This document shows, piece by piece, positions 9,876 through 20,216 of a DNA stretch of 64,000 bases. How positions within the stretch are numbered: the stretch's first letter is position 1; the number at the start of each line of letters is the position of its first letter. A program made the translations under genes and the position numbers. The stretch is from Acidobacteriota bacterium. Its GTDB lineage: Bacteria; Acidobacteriota; UBA6911; RPQK01; JADFOI01. The stretch covers positions 3,424,001 to 3,488,000 of the forward strand of contig OY760074.1 in assembly GCA_963663035.1 (NCBI GenBank), written 5' to 3'. Below the pieces are notes generated by a model. It saw only the letters and a list, made by a program, of their open reading frames with translations, had not been told where the DNA came from and did no database searches.

Positions 9876-10445
9876 ATGAAAAAGATCGTGATGGCCCTGT
9901 CACTACTAGGGCTGATGGTAGTTGTTCTCTTCTCACAGGGCCAGCCTGGCGTTAGTCTGGATCTGGGTGTGGTCATAGACTCCTTTTTCCCGGGTGATCA
10001 GGTGGGGCTACCCGTTACTCTGGTCAGCCGAAACGACGCTCAGGTTGGAGATGTCACCCTGGAGGTAGCCTTTCCGTCAAAGGTGATTTCTCTGGTTGAG
10101 GTGACCCTGGGTAGTGGGGCCACAGCGGCGGGAGCCGAGGTGAAAACAGAGGTCGTCGATGCTCCCGAAGAGGCCGCTGCCGAAGCGGAAGGGGAGGAGT
10201 CTGTGGATCTGGAACGAAAGATCCTGAGCGTGAATATCTCCGCATCCACTGCGCTGCCTGATGGTCTGTTGGCCACGCTTACCTTTGAGGTGACCGATGA
10301 GATATCAATTAACCACGAGATTCACATGGAAAATGTGAGTCAAACGGCTCTGTCCCTGGATGGACAGGAGGTACGAGCTCGCGGCATAGATGGCACCATA
10401 ACATCGATTGAGTTTATTCCTGCCTGTCTTTTCTATATGCATTGA
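9876..10445 (+). CDS. Exported cohesin-like beta-sandwich protein with C-terminal ACLFYMH
   Basis: Signal peptide; PG..V.LPVTL, LEVAFP, G.AA..AGA and LPDGLLATLTFEV pattern resembling cohesin domains; paralogue at 45062. Confidence 0.6.
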   Translation: MKKIVMALSLLGLMVVVLFSQGQPGVSLDLGVVIDSFFPGDQVGLPVTLVSRNDAQVGDVTLEVAFPSKVISLVEVTLGSGATAAGAEVKTEVVDAPEEAAAEAEGEESVDLERKILSVNISASTALPDGLLATLTFEVTDEISINHEIHMENVSQTALSLDGQEVRARGIDGTITSIEFIPACLFYMH

Positions 10446-10456
10446 GGAGATATCCA

Positions 10457-12184
10457 ATGAAGAGAAGTACTTGGTCTAATGGTTTGGCCCTGTTGGTCCT
10501 GGCACTTTTCTGCCTGGGCATGGGCTCCGCTTGGGCTCAGAGCCCGGCAAACTTACCCGCAGAGGTCGTTGCCTATGCGGATCTGGTTTTCCATAACGGC
10601 CAGATTCTGACCGGCGATGAGAGCTTTACGATTGTGGAAGCGGTGGCTATCCGGGACGGGAAGTTTCTGGCCCGTGGGAACAACGACAGAATCTTGTCCA
10701 TGGCCGGTCCCAGCACCCGCAGAATCGACCTGGAAGGGCAAAGTGTGGTCCCCGGCTTTATTGACACCCACTTGCATTCCGCTTTTGTCGGAAATATCGC
10801 AAAGCGTGGAACGGAGGGGAGGCTCGCATTCGAAGATGTGGCCAGTGGCTTGCAAGAGCTCCGAGAACTGGTGGCCAAGTATCCTGCCGGAAAAGACCTT
10901 TATCTGTCCGGTCCGAGCAACAGAGCCCTGCTGCTGGAAGTGACGCTGGCCCAACTGGATGCGGCGGCGCCCCGGAATGCTATCTCGATTAGCTGCCAGA
11001 ATAATCAGAACATAGTCAACAGCCTGATGTTGAAAAGGATTCCACCCGAGACCCCGGGTATCTTGAAAGACGAAAACGGTAACCCGACGGGTCAGATTCG
11101 GGGTGGGGCAGCCGGGATGGTGAAGTACGATTTCATGCCCTGGCCAGACGTGGAAGGGCTGGTCGAGCAGCAGAAGGTTGAGTTAGACCGGTATTTGGCC
11201 CAGGGACTGACCACGATCGAAGGGCGGGGTCAGGGTCTGACTATTACTATTTTCCGCGACCTGTGGAAACGTGGAGAACTGAAGCCGCGTATTCGGCTTG
11301 CTCATGAGTTCCTCCGGGAAAATGGGAGCCCGGAGGCCTACTTGAAGAGATTGGGCAACCTGACCGATTTTGGCGACGACATGCTCAGGTTCTTCGGGGC
11401 CACGGTCCAGGTGGTGGACGGCGCGGGTGGAGCAAACACAGCCGACTTTCCCAAGATCAACGTAGCTGAGAGCAGTCCTTACGACCGATACGGGCAAAAC
11501 AAGTGGGAAGAGACCGGAGATGTGGCCACCAGTGACCGCAGAAACATTATTCTGGCCAACCGCTACGGATGGACCATCACCTCCATGCACAGCGGGGGGG
11601 ACCACAGCAATGACCTGCTTCTGGAGGTCTATGAAGAAGCCCATCGGGAAAATCCCCTGACGGGCCGCCATTTTGGAATCGACCACGGAGCCATGATTCG
11701 GCCCCGACAATTGAGTCTGATGAAGGAGATGGATGTGATCCCCAGTGTCTACACGTTTCCCATCAGCCGATCCGAAGGGTACCTGGAGAGCTATGGAGCC
11801 GATGCGCTGCACCAGATGATGCCGGTCAAGAGCTTGATCGAAGCAGGTATTTACCCGGCGGCCGAGGCTGACACCCGGCCTCCCAATTCAGCACCCCTTT
11901 TCCAGATGAAAAACTTCATCACCCGCAAGGATGAAAGTGGGCGGGTGTGGAATCCGGATGAGAAGTTGAGTCGGAGGGAGGCCTTGTCTATGTATGGACT
12001 GTGGGCCGCCCGTTATACCGGGGAGGAAGACATTCTCGGTTCCATTGAAACCGGGAAGCTGGGTGACCTGGTGGTGTTGGGCGGAGATTTCATGACCTTT
12101 CCCGAAGATGAGCTGGACAAGCTTCGGGTGCTGATGACCGTCGTGGGCGGAAAAGTCGTTTACGAGGCGTCAGGAGCCTTCTAA
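10457..12184 (+). CDS. Exported amidohydrolase (Amidohydro_3/YtcJ-like), paralogue 1
   Basis: Signal peptide ending AWA; PGFIDTHLH; GSIETGKLGDLVVL; MTVVGGKVVY. Confidence 0.9.
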   Translation: MKRSTWSNGLALLVLALFCLGMGSAWAQSPANLPAEVVAYADLVFHNGQILTGDESFTIVEAVAIRDGKFLARGNNDRILSMAGPSTRRIDLEGQSVVPGFIDTHLHSAFVGNIAKRGTEGRLAFEDVASGLQELRELVAKYPAGKDLYLSGPSNRALLLEVTLAQLDAAAPRNAISISCQNNQNIVNSLMLKRIPPETPGILKDENGNPTGQIRGGAAGMVKYDFMPWPDVEGLVEQQKVELDRYLAQGLTTIEGRGQGLTITIFRDLWKRGELKPRIRLAHEFLRENGSPEAYLKRLGNLTDFGDDMLRFFGATVQVVDGAGGANTADFPKINVAESSPYDRYGQNKWEETGDVATSDRRNIILANRYGWTITSMHSGGDHSNDLLLEVYEEAHRENPLTGRHFGIDHGAMIRPRQLSLMKEMDVIPSVYTFPISRSEGYLESYGADALHQMMPVKSLIEAGIYPAAEADTRPPNSAPLFQMKNFITRKDESGRVWNPDEKLSRREALSMYGLWAARYTGEEDILGSIETGKLGDLVVLGGDFMTFPEDELDKLRVLMTVVGGKVVYEASGAF

Positions 12185-12216
12185 TCCGGATTATGCCTAG
12201 AAAGGAAAGGATGACT

Positions 12217-13947
12217 ATGAATACCCCTAATTTCAGCTCCGTGAGTCGTGTCTTCTTCTTGTTGCTATTTTGCTTGGCGGGTTTCACTGCGGCTTGGGCT
12301 CAGAGCCCGGCAAACTTACCGGCAGAGGTCGTTGCCTATGCGGATCTGGTTTTCCATAACGGCCAGATTCTGACCGGCGATGAGAGCTTTACGATTGTGG
12401 AAGCGGTGGCTATCCGGGACGGGAAGTTTTTGGCCCGTGGGAACAACGACAGGATTTTGTCCATGGCCGGTCCCGACACCCGCAGAATCGACCTGGAAGG
12501 GCAAAGTGTGGTCCCCGGCTTTATTGATACCCACTTGCATTCCGCTTTTCTGGGAAATATCGCCAAACGTGGGACCGATGGCCGGGTTGAATTCGAAGAT
12601 GTGACCAGCGGCCTGGAAGAGCTGCGAGAACTGGTTTCGCAGTATCCAGCCGGGAAACAGCTTTATCTGGCCGGGCCGAGCAACAGAGCCCTGCTGCTGG
12701 AAGTGACGCTGGCCCAACTGGATGCGGCCGCGCCCAACAATCCCATCTCGATTAGCTGTCCCAACAATCAAAACGTGGTCAACAGCCTGCTGTTGGCAAG
12801 GATTCCAGCTGACACGCCAGGTATCTTGAAAGACGAAAACGGTAACCCGACCGGTCAACTTCGGGGTGGAGCAGCGGGTATCGTGAAGTATGAGATGATG
12901 CCCTGGCCGGATGTGGACGAGATGGTGGAGGCCCAGAAACTCGAGTTAGAGCGGTATGTGGTGCAGGGACTGACCACCATTGAAGGTCGAGGTCAGGGTC
13001 TGACCATCAGCGTTTTCCGAGACCTGAGGACGCGTGGTGAACTGGTGCCCCGGATTCGGCTTTCCTTTGAGTTTCTACGGGAAAATGGGAGCCCGGAGGC
13101 CTATTTGAAGAGACTGGGCAACCTGACGGATTTTGGCGACAACATGCTCAAATTCTTCGGGGCCACGGTTCAGGTGGTGGATGGATCAGGCGGTGCGAAC
13201 ACTGCTGACTTTCCCAAAATCAGAGTCGCGGAGAGCTCACCTTACGACCGATTTGGGCAAAACAAATGGGAAGAAACGGGTGACGTCGCCACCAGCGACC
13301 GCAGAAACATCCTGCTGGCCAACCGCTACGGCTGGACCATCACCTCCATGCACAGCCAGGGCGACCAAAGCAATGACGAGCTCCTGAAAGTGTACCAGGA
13401 AGCCCATCAGGAGAACCCCCTGAATGGTCGCCATTTTGCCATCGATCACGGGGACATGTGGCGTCCCCGCCACCTGGCCTTGCTCAAGGAAATGGAAGTG
13501 ATTCCCAGTGTTTTCACATTTCCCATCAGCCGCTCTGAAGGCTACCTGGAAACCTATGGGGCCGATGCCCTGCATCAGATGCTGCCGGTCAAAAGCCTGA
13601 TCGAAGCAGGTATCTACCCGGCTGCCGAGGCTGACACCCGGCCTCCCAATTCAGCACCCCTCTACCAGATGAAGAACTTTATTACCCGCAAGGATCCCAA
13701 TGGACGGGTGTGGAATCCGGACGAAAAGCTGTCTCGTCAGCAGGCCCTGCACATGTATGGACTGTGGGCTGCTCGCTACACCGGGGAAGAAGACATTCTC
13801 GGTTCCATTGAAAACGGGAAGCTGGCCGACCTGGTGGTACTGGGCGGAGACTTCCTGACGTTTCCCGAAGATGAGTTGGACAAGCTTCGAGTGCTGATGA
13901 CTGTCATTGACGGGAAAGTTGCCTACGAGGCGCCCGGCGCCTTCTAG
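12217..13947 (+). CDS. Exported amidohydrolase (Amidohydro_3/YtcJ-like), paralogue 2
   Basis: Same motifs; close paralogue of 10457..12184. Confidence 0.9.
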   Translation: MNTPNFSSVSRVFFLLLFCLAGFTAAWAQSPANLPAEVVAYADLVFHNGQILTGDESFTIVEAVAIRDGKFLARGNNDRILSMAGPDTRRIDLEGQSVVPGFIDTHLHSAFLGNIAKRGTDGRVEFEDVTSGLEELRELVSQYPAGKQLYLAGPSNRALLLEVTLAQLDAAAPNNPISISCPNNQNVVNSLLLARIPADTPGILKDENGNPTGQLRGGAAGIVKYEMMPWPDVDEMVEAQKLELERYVVQGLTTIEGRGQGLTISVFRDLRTRGELVPRIRLSFEFLRENGSPEAYLKRLGNLTDFGDNMLKFFGATVQVVDGSGGANTADFPKIRVAESSPYDRFGQNKWEETGDVATSDRRNILLANRYGWTITSMHSQGDQSNDELLKVYQEAHQENPLNGRHFAIDHGDMWRPRHLALLKEMEVIPSVFTFPISRSEGYLETYGADALHQMLPVKSLIEAGIYPAAEADTRPPNSAPLYQMKNFITRKDPNGRVWNPDEKLSRQQALHMYGLWAARYTGEEDILGSIENGKLADLVVLGGDFLTFPEDELDKLRVLMTVIDGKVAYEAPGAF

Positions 13948-13973
13948 GGCTTAGACAAGCCACAGAGATATCA

Positions 13974-14015
13974 AGGACGGGCTGCTCTGGAGGAGAGGTC
14001 CGTCCTGTGTTTTTT
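13974..14015 (+). terminator. Possible intrinsic terminator/attenuator hairpin
   Basis: AGGACGGGCT...GGTCCGTCCT stem followed by GTGTTTTTT, between paralogues 2 and 3. Confidence 0.4.
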
Positions 14016-14044
14016 GGGGCAAAAAGAGAGAGGAAAGGATGATC

Positions 14045-15796
14045 ATGCATAAGTCCCATTTCAGCTCTGCGAGTCGCGTTTTCTTCTTCTTGTTGCTGTT
14101 TGGCTGGTCGGCCCTGACTGCGGGTTGGGCACAGAGTCCGGCTAACTTACCGGCCGAGGTCATTGCCTATGCAGATATGGTGTTTTATAACGGCAAGGTT
14201 CTGACCGCCGATGAGAGCTTCACGGTTGTGGAAGCGGTAGCTGTGCGGGACGGGAAATTTCTGGCCCGTGGAAACAACGACAGGATTTTGGCCATGGCCG
14301 GTCCCGGCACCCGCAGAATCGACCTGGACGGGCGCAGCCTGGTCCCTGGCTTTATCGACACCCACCAGCACTCCTCTTTTGTGAACAGCCCGCCTTTCGG
14401 AGAGAGTAGTGAGCCTCCTGTCCAGATCAACTATGACACGCTGGAAAGCGCTTTGGAGGGACTGTTGGCAAGGGTTCAACAGGCCCAGCCCGGAGAATTC
14501 ATTGCGCTGGGTGCAACCAGTAACAGGGTTGTCACGGAAGAGTTAAACGCTGCTCTTCTGGATCAGGTTGCTCCCCAAAATCCTCTCTACATCAGAGGCC
14601 TCAATAACCAGGTCGTGGCCAACAGCCTGATCATGAAGGAAATTCCACCAGATACTCCGGGCGTTCTGAAAGACGACAAGGGGCTACCCACCGGTCAGCT
14701 CAGAGGCGGTGCAGGCGGGATTGTCGTCTACGAGCTAAGACCATGGCCCGCTGTGGAGGCTTTGTTGGAGCCTCAGAAGCTCAGATTTCTCCGACACAAT
14801 GAGCAGGGATTGACCACTATCATGGGACGTGCCAACGGCCTGTCGATCTCGGTCTTCCGTGACCTGGTGCTGCGGGACGAGTTGACGCTGAGAGTTCGTG
14901 TGGCCCATGAGTTTCTGCGTCAAAATTCATCCCCTGAAGCCTATTTGAAAAGACTGGGTAATCTGACCGATTTTGGAAACGACATGTTCAAAATCATCGC
15001 GGCCACCGTCCAGGTGGTGGATGGCGCCTCCTTGACCGGCTCAGCTCGGACCTCCAAGGCGAAGCTGACTCCTCCCTCAGGAGATCCCTATGGCCCCTTT
15101 GGTCAAAACAAATGGGAAGAAACAGGGGATTTGGCCACCAGCGACCGCAGGAACATCATCCTGGGCAATCGTTACGGCTGGTCCATATCGGGCTTACACA
15201 GCAGCGGCGACATGAGCAACACCATATTGCTGGAAGTCTTTGAAGAGGCCCACAGAGAAAGATCTCTGGTAGGCCGGCACTTTGGAATCGATCACGGCTT
15301 GATGTGGAAACCGGAGCATTTCGATCTGCTCAAGGAGATGGATATCGTTCCCAGTATTTTTTCCAAAGCGCTTTACGACAATGATGCGTTGGTATCCATC
15401 TACGGAATGGATGAGGTGTATACCATGCAGCCGGTCAAGTCCCTGATCGAAGCTGGGATCCGCCCAGCCGCAGAAGCTGACGCTTTTGATTCTCGCACCC
15501 AGGCGGCCCTGTTCAATATGCAGAAGTGGATCACCAGGCTGGACGACCAAGGTCGCCTGGTGAATCCGGACGAGAAGATCGATCGCCGCGAAGCCCTCTA
15601 CATGTATACCCTTTGGGCCGCTCGTTACAGCGGAGAGCAGGATCTTCTGGGTTCCATTGAGCCCGGCAAGTTGGCCGATCTCGTGGTGCTGGGAGGGGAC
15701 TTTATGACCTTCCCCGAAAACGATCTGGACAAACTTCGGGTGTTGATGACCGTGGTGGGAGGCCGGGTGGTCCACGAAGCCTCGGGAGCTTTTTGA
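14045..15796 (+). CDS. Exported amidohydrolase (Amidohydro_3/YtcJ-like), paralogue 3
   Basis: Signal peptide, PGFIDTHQH, GSIEPGKLADLVVL. Confidence 0.9.
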   Translation: MHKSHFSSASRVFFFLLLFGWSALTAGWAQSPANLPAEVIAYADMVFYNGKVLTADESFTVVEAVAVRDGKFLARGNNDRILAMAGPGTRRIDLDGRSLVPGFIDTHQHSSFVNSPPFGESSEPPVQINYDTLESALEGLLARVQQAQPGEFIALGATSNRVVTEELNAALLDQVAPQNPLYIRGLNNQVVANSLIMKEIPPDTPGVLKDDKGLPTGQLRGGAGGIVVYELRPWPAVEALLEPQKLRFLRHNEQGLTTIMGRANGLSISVFRDLVLRDELTLRVRVAHEFLRQNSSPEAYLKRLGNLTDFGNDMFKIIAATVQVVDGASLTGSARTSKAKLTPPSGDPYGPFGQNKWEETGDLATSDRRNIILGNRYGWSISGLHSSGDMSNTILLEVFEEAHRERSLVGRHFGIDHGLMWKPEHFDLLKEMDIVPSIFSKALYDNDALVSIYGMDEVYTMQPVKSLIEAGIRPAAEADAFDSRTQAALFNMQKWITRLDDQGRLVNPDEKIDRREALYMYTLWAARYSGEQDLLGSIEPGKLADLVVLGGDFMTFPENDLDKLRVLMTVVGGRVVHEASGAF

Positions 15797-15845
15797 GATT
15801 TGCCGAGAGGCCAACCCGCGCTATGTCTTGAAGACCGTGAGTTGG

Positions 15846-18008
15846 ATGAGAATATATCTCCTGTCGGGTTTGATTGTACTGGCTCTCTGTCCGGGATTGT
15901 GGCCTGGAGCGCTGGGAGCTGATCGCATTCTGCAAGCCCGCTGGACGGAGGAAACCATCGTTCTGGATGGAGTTCTCAACGAACCTCCCTGGCTTTTGGC
16001 CCAACCGGCCTCGGATTTCATCCAGGCTGGACCCAGACAAGGAGAACCCTCAAGTCAACGGACAGAGGTCCGCGTGCTTTTTGATTCGGGCAATCTCTAT
16101 TTCGGTGTCACCTGTTTTGACAGCGACCCGGAAGGGATCGTCGCCAACAGCCTCAGGCGCGATTTTGCTCCTGGAAATGAGGACACATTTGAGATCTTGC
16201 TGGATACTTTCGCCAGCTCCCGCGACGGCTTTCTGTTTGTGACCAACCCCAACGGCGCCAAGAGGGATGTCCAGGTGAACAATGAGGGGAGGGGATCCAA
16301 CGTCAGCTGGGACGCCATCTGGGAAGTCAAGACGCACATCGATGAGACCGGGTGGACCGCTGAGATTCTGATCCCCATCAAAACGCTTCGTTACGGGAGT
16401 TCCCCTCAGGGTTCCTGGAAGGTCAACTTTGGGAGGCAAATTCGCCGCAACAACGAAATCACCTACTGGTCTGAGATTCCCCGCCGCTACAACATCACTC
16501 GAGTCAGTCTGGCTGGAGAACTGGCCGGGGTGAACCAGAACGAAATCCATCCCGGCCGGAACTTCTTTGTCACTCCGTATCTCGCCACGAACCTCTCTGA
16601 GCGCGACTCCGAAACAAGTTCCGACCTTGATGTTGGCCTGGGCCTCAAGTATGGAGTGACATCCGGTCTCACCCTGGATGCGACCTACAACACCGATTTC
16701 TCACACGTGGAAGTCGATCAGCAACAGGTCAACCTGGAGCGGTTTCGCCTCTCTTTCCCGGAGAAAAGGGACTTCTTTTTGGAGAACGAGGGGATCTTTG
16801 CAATAGGAAGCATTCTGAGACGAGGCGGGACACCGAATGAGGAGGACCCCAGCATCTTTTACAGCCGCACCATCGGCCTGTCGGAGGCGAGGCAGCCGAT
16901 TCCGATTATGGGGGGAGCCCGGCTTACCGGCAGGGCAGGCGCCTATGAGCTTGGATTGATGAGCATCCAGACGGAGGAGGAGGCGGCGGCAGGCGTGGGA
17001 GAGGAAAATTCCTCGGTCCTGCGGATAAAACGGGATATCCTCGCTCGCTCCTGGCTGGGCGGTTTTTTTCTCAATCGCCAGGGCCCCGATCGCGTCACCA
17101 ATCGAACCTATGGTATTGACAGTCTCTATCGACCGCGCACCGATCTGACCTTTAACTCCCTTTTTGCTCAGACCGACACTCCCGGGGCCCAGGGGGATGA
17201 CTGGGTCCTGCGGGTGGAAGGTCAATATAGCCCACGTTGGCTCGCGCTGAGTCTAATCCACGCCGACATCCAGCCGGAATATCGAAATGATCTGGGCTTT
17301 CATACACGGGAGGGTGTCCGTGTTGAACGTATTACCATTCACCCGCGCATTCGTCCCTGGGAAGGCCGGGCGATCCGCGAGATCCAGCCCATACTCAACA
17401 CGCGCTACATTACCGACCCGGACAACCGGCTCCTGACGCGCAAACACAGCTTTGGAGTTGATTTCTTTTTCCAAAACGGTGCTTTTCTGCGTTTACGAAG
17501 GCGCACTTTTTTTGAGCGGTTGGATCAGGGCTTCGACATTCGAACCGGTATCCTCGTCCCCTCTGGTGACCACGAGTATGAGGAACAGGGGCTTGAGTTT
17601 AATACCGACCGCAGTCGGATCCTCTCGGGAAATGTCAACTTCTATGACGGGGAGTTTTGGGATGGAGAAAAGACGAGTCTTCGGGTAGGAGGCCAATTTC
17701 GGCCCAATGGTCATCTCAGCGCCTCATTCAACTTTTCTCGCGATGATGTCACTTTGCCGGGGGGGGCGTTCCTGTCCCATCTGCTGAGTTTCCGCCTCAG
17801 ATATGCTTTCAATACCCAGACATTTCTGGATACCTTTATTCAGTACAACAGTGAGAGAAACAAGATCACCTCCAATGTGCGTTTCAATTTGATCCACCAC
17901 TCTCTGAGTGATCTTTTCGTGGTCTATACCGAGGAGAATCCCACCATCGCCCAGGAGAGCACGGATCGGGTCATCTCCGTCAAGTACACTCATCTATTGG
18001 GTTTTTAA
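15846..18008 (+). CDS. DUF5916 / CBM9-like domain protein, probable outer-membrane beta-barrel
   Basis: Signal peptide; YNTDFSHVEVD and FPEKRDFFLEN motifs; ends KYTHLLGF. Confidence 0.85.
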   Translation: MRIYLLSGLIVLALCPGLWPGALGADRILQARWTEETIVLDGVLNEPPWLLAQPASDFIQAGPRQGEPSSQRTEVRVLFDSGNLYFGVTCFDSDPEGIVANSLRRDFAPGNEDTFEILLDTFASSRDGFLFVTNPNGAKRDVQVNNEGRGSNVSWDAIWEVKTHIDETGWTAEILIPIKTLRYGSSPQGSWKVNFGRQIRRNNEITYWSEIPRRYNITRVSLAGELAGVNQNEIHPGRNFFVTPYLATNLSERDSETSSDLDVGLGLKYGVTSGLTLDATYNTDFSHVEVDQQQVNLERFRLSFPEKRDFFLENEGIFAIGSILRRGGTPNEEDPSIFYSRTIGLSEARQPIPIMGGARLTGRAGAYELGLMSIQTEEEAAAGVGEENSSVLRIKRDILARSWLGGFFLNRQGPDRVTNRTYGIDSLYRPRTDLTFNSLFAQTDTPGAQGDDWVLRVEGQYSPRWLALSLIHADIQPEYRNDLGFHTREGVRVERITIHPRIRPWEGRAIREIQPILNTRYITDPDNRLLTRKHSFGVDFFFQNGAFLRLRRRTFFERLDQGFDIRTGILVPSGDHEYEEQGLEFNTDRSRILSGNVNFYDGEFWDGEKTSLRVGGQFRPNGHLSASFNFSRDDVTLPGGAFLSHLLSFRLRYAFNTQTFLDTFIQYNSERNKITSNVRFNLIHHSLSDLFVVYTEENPTIAQESTDRVISVKYTHLLGF

Positions 18009-20164
18009 TGAGAGCCAATTTTCTGTCGGGGTTGATTATTCTGTTCCTCTGGCCGGGGCTATGGCCTGGCGCGCTGGGGGCTGATCGAACTCTACAGGCC
18101 CGCTGGACGGAGGAGACCATCGTCCTGGATGGAGTTCTAGACGAACCCCCCTGGCTTCTGGCCCAACCGGCTGCCGACTTCGTCCAGGCTGAACCCAGGC
18201 AAGGAGAACCCTCCACCCAACGGACAGAGGTCCGCCTGCTTTTTGACTCGGACAATCTCTATTTTGGTGTGATGTGCTTTGACAGCGACCCGGAAGGGAT
18301 CGTGGCCAACAGCCTCAGTCGCGACTTTAGCTCTGGAGACGAGGACTCATTTGAAATTTTGCTGGATACTTTTGCCAGCTCCCGCGACGGCTTTCTCTTC
18401 GTGACCAACCCCAACGGCGCCAAGAGGGACGTGCAGGTGAGCAATGAAGGGAGAGAGCTGAACGTCAGTTGGGACGCCATCTGGGAAGTCAAGACACACA
18501 TCGATGAGACCGGGTGGAGCGCTGAGATTCTGATCCCCATCAAAACGCTTCGTTACGGGAGCACACCTCAAGGTGCCTGGAAGGTCAATTTTGGCAGGCA
18601 AATCCGCCGCAACAACGAAATCACCTACTGGTCTGAAATTCCTCGCCGCTACAACATCACTCGAGTCTCTCTGGCCGGGGAGCTTGTGGGGGTGAACCGC
18701 GATGACATCCATCCGGGCCGGAATCTGTCTGTCATCCCCTATGTCACGACCAGCCTGGCTGACCGTGGGTCCGACACAAGCTCCACTTCTGACATCGGCG
18801 TGGACCTCAAGTATGGAGTGACATCCGGTCTCACTCTGGACTTGACCTACAACACCGATTTCTCGCACGTGGAAGTTGATCAGCAGCAGGTCAACCTGGA
18901 TCGATTCCGTCTCACTTTTCCGGAGAAACGGGATTTTTTCCTGGAGAACTCGGGGATCTTTGAGATTGGAAGCGTTCGCTTACAAAGGGGAACGCCGGAT
19001 GTCGAAGATCCCAGTGTCTTTTACAGTCGTAACATCGGACTTTCTTTGGATAGACGGCAGATTCCGATTCTTGGGGGGGGGCGGTTGACCGGAAGGGTGG
19101 GTCCCTATGAGCTTGCACTCCTGAGCATTCAGACAGAGGAGGCCCAAGGCCAGGGACCGGAAAATGCCTCGGTGCTGCGTGTCAAGAGGGACCTTCTTGC
19201 TCGGTCCTGGCTGGGAGGGTTCCTTGTCAGTCGCCAGGGTTCCGATCGTCCCACCAATCGAGTCTTCGGATTTGATGGGCTGTACCGGCCGCGCGATGAT
19301 CTGACCTTTAACACCCTTTTTTCTCAGAGCGACACCCCGGGCGTTGAGGGGGATGACTGGGCTCTGCGACTGGAGGGACAATATGACTCACGTTGGCTTC
19401 AGCTGGGGGTCATTCACTCCGATATCCAGGAGGATTATCGAGATGATCTCGGTTTTACGGTACGTACTGGTGTTCGTGTCCAACGTATTGAAATTCACCC
19501 GCGCATCCGTCCCTGGGAAGACGAGATGATTCGGGAGATCCAACCCATCGTCAACGTGCGCTACCTGACCGATCAGGACAACCGGCTTCTCACGCGTAAA
19601 CACAGCCTTGGAATTGACTTCTTTTTCCAGAACGGTGCCTTTCTGCGCCTGAGACGGCGCAATATGTTCGAACGGTTGGATGAGAACTTCGATATTCGAA
19701 CCGGTATCACGGTCCCTTTTGGGGACCACCACTATAACGAGTACGGTTTCGAGTTTAACACCGACCGCAGCCGTGTTCTCTCGGGAAACCTGAGGTTCTA
19801 TGACGGGGACTTTTGGGATGGCGAAAAGAGGAGCTTTCAGGTGGGGGCGCAATTTCGGCCCAGTGGTCATCTCAGCACCGAATTCAACTTTGGTCGTGAT
19901 GATGTCACTTTGCCCGGGGGAGCGTTCCAGGTCGATCTTTTTCGTTTCCGGCTCAGGTATGCTTTCAACACCCGGACTTTTCTGGATACCTTTATTCAAT
20001 ACAATAGTGAGCGACAGGAGATCACCTCCAATGTGCGTTTCAACTTGATCCACCACTCTCTGAGCGATCTCTTTATCGTTTACACCGAGGAAAACCCCAC
20101 CATCGACCAGGCGAGCACGGATCGGGTCATCTCCATCAAGTACACACATCTACTGCCCTTCTAA
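18008..20164 (+). CDS. DUF5916 / CBM9-like domain protein (tandem paralogue)
   Basis: TAATG overlap with the upstream paralogue; same motifs; ends KYTHLLPF. Confidence 0.85.
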   Translation: MRANFLSGLIILFLWPGLWPGALGADRTLQARWTEETIVLDGVLDEPPWLLAQPAADFVQAEPRQGEPSTQRTEVRLLFDSDNLYFGVMCFDSDPEGIVANSLSRDFSSGDEDSFEILLDTFASSRDGFLFVTNPNGAKRDVQVSNEGRELNVSWDAIWEVKTHIDETGWSAEILIPIKTLRYGSTPQGAWKVNFGRQIRRNNEITYWSEIPRRYNITRVSLAGELVGVNRDDIHPGRNLSVIPYVTTSLADRGSDTSSTSDIGVDLKYGVTSGLTLDLTYNTDFSHVEVDQQQVNLDRFRLTFPEKRDFFLENSGIFEIGSVRLQRGTPDVEDPSVFYSRNIGLSLDRRQIPILGGGRLTGRVGPYELALLSIQTEEAQGQGPENASVLRVKRDLLARSWLGGFLVSRQGSDRPTNRVFGFDGLYRPRDDLTFNTLFSQSDTPGVEGDDWALRLEGQYDSRWLQLGVIHSDIQEDYRDDLGFTVRTGVRVQRIEIHPRIRPWEDEMIREIQPIVNVRYLTDQDNRLLTRKHSLGIDFFFQNGAFLRLRRRNMFERLDENFDIRTGITVPFGDHHYNEYGFEFNTDRSRVLSGNLRFYDGDFWDGEKRSFQVGAQFRPSGHLSTEFNFGRDDVTLPGGAFQVDLFRFRLRYAFNTRTFLDTFIQYNSERQEITSNVRFNLIHHSLSDLFIVYTEENPTIDQASTDRVISIKYTHLLPF

Positions 20165-20187
20165 GCCGTCAACAAGTTACGGTTCTC

Positions 20188-20216
20188 TTGACAGTGTCAC
20201 TGCGCACTTCTACACT
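20188..20216 (+). promoter_or_regulatory. sigma70-type promoter
   Basis: TTGACA-N17-TACACT; the -35 lies within the palindrome TGACA-G-TGTCA. Confidence 0.6.

Noticed and set aside
8810-9976. Long antisense ORFs (e.g. 8810..9976, 26434..27537, 19388..20149)
   Set aside because: They are shadow frames of well-supported genes in GC-rich DNA and show no recognisable motifs.
10443-10445. TGA after ACLFYMH as a possible Sec codon
   Set aside because: The paralogue ends with TAG at the same position, and the next gene's RBS follows immediately.
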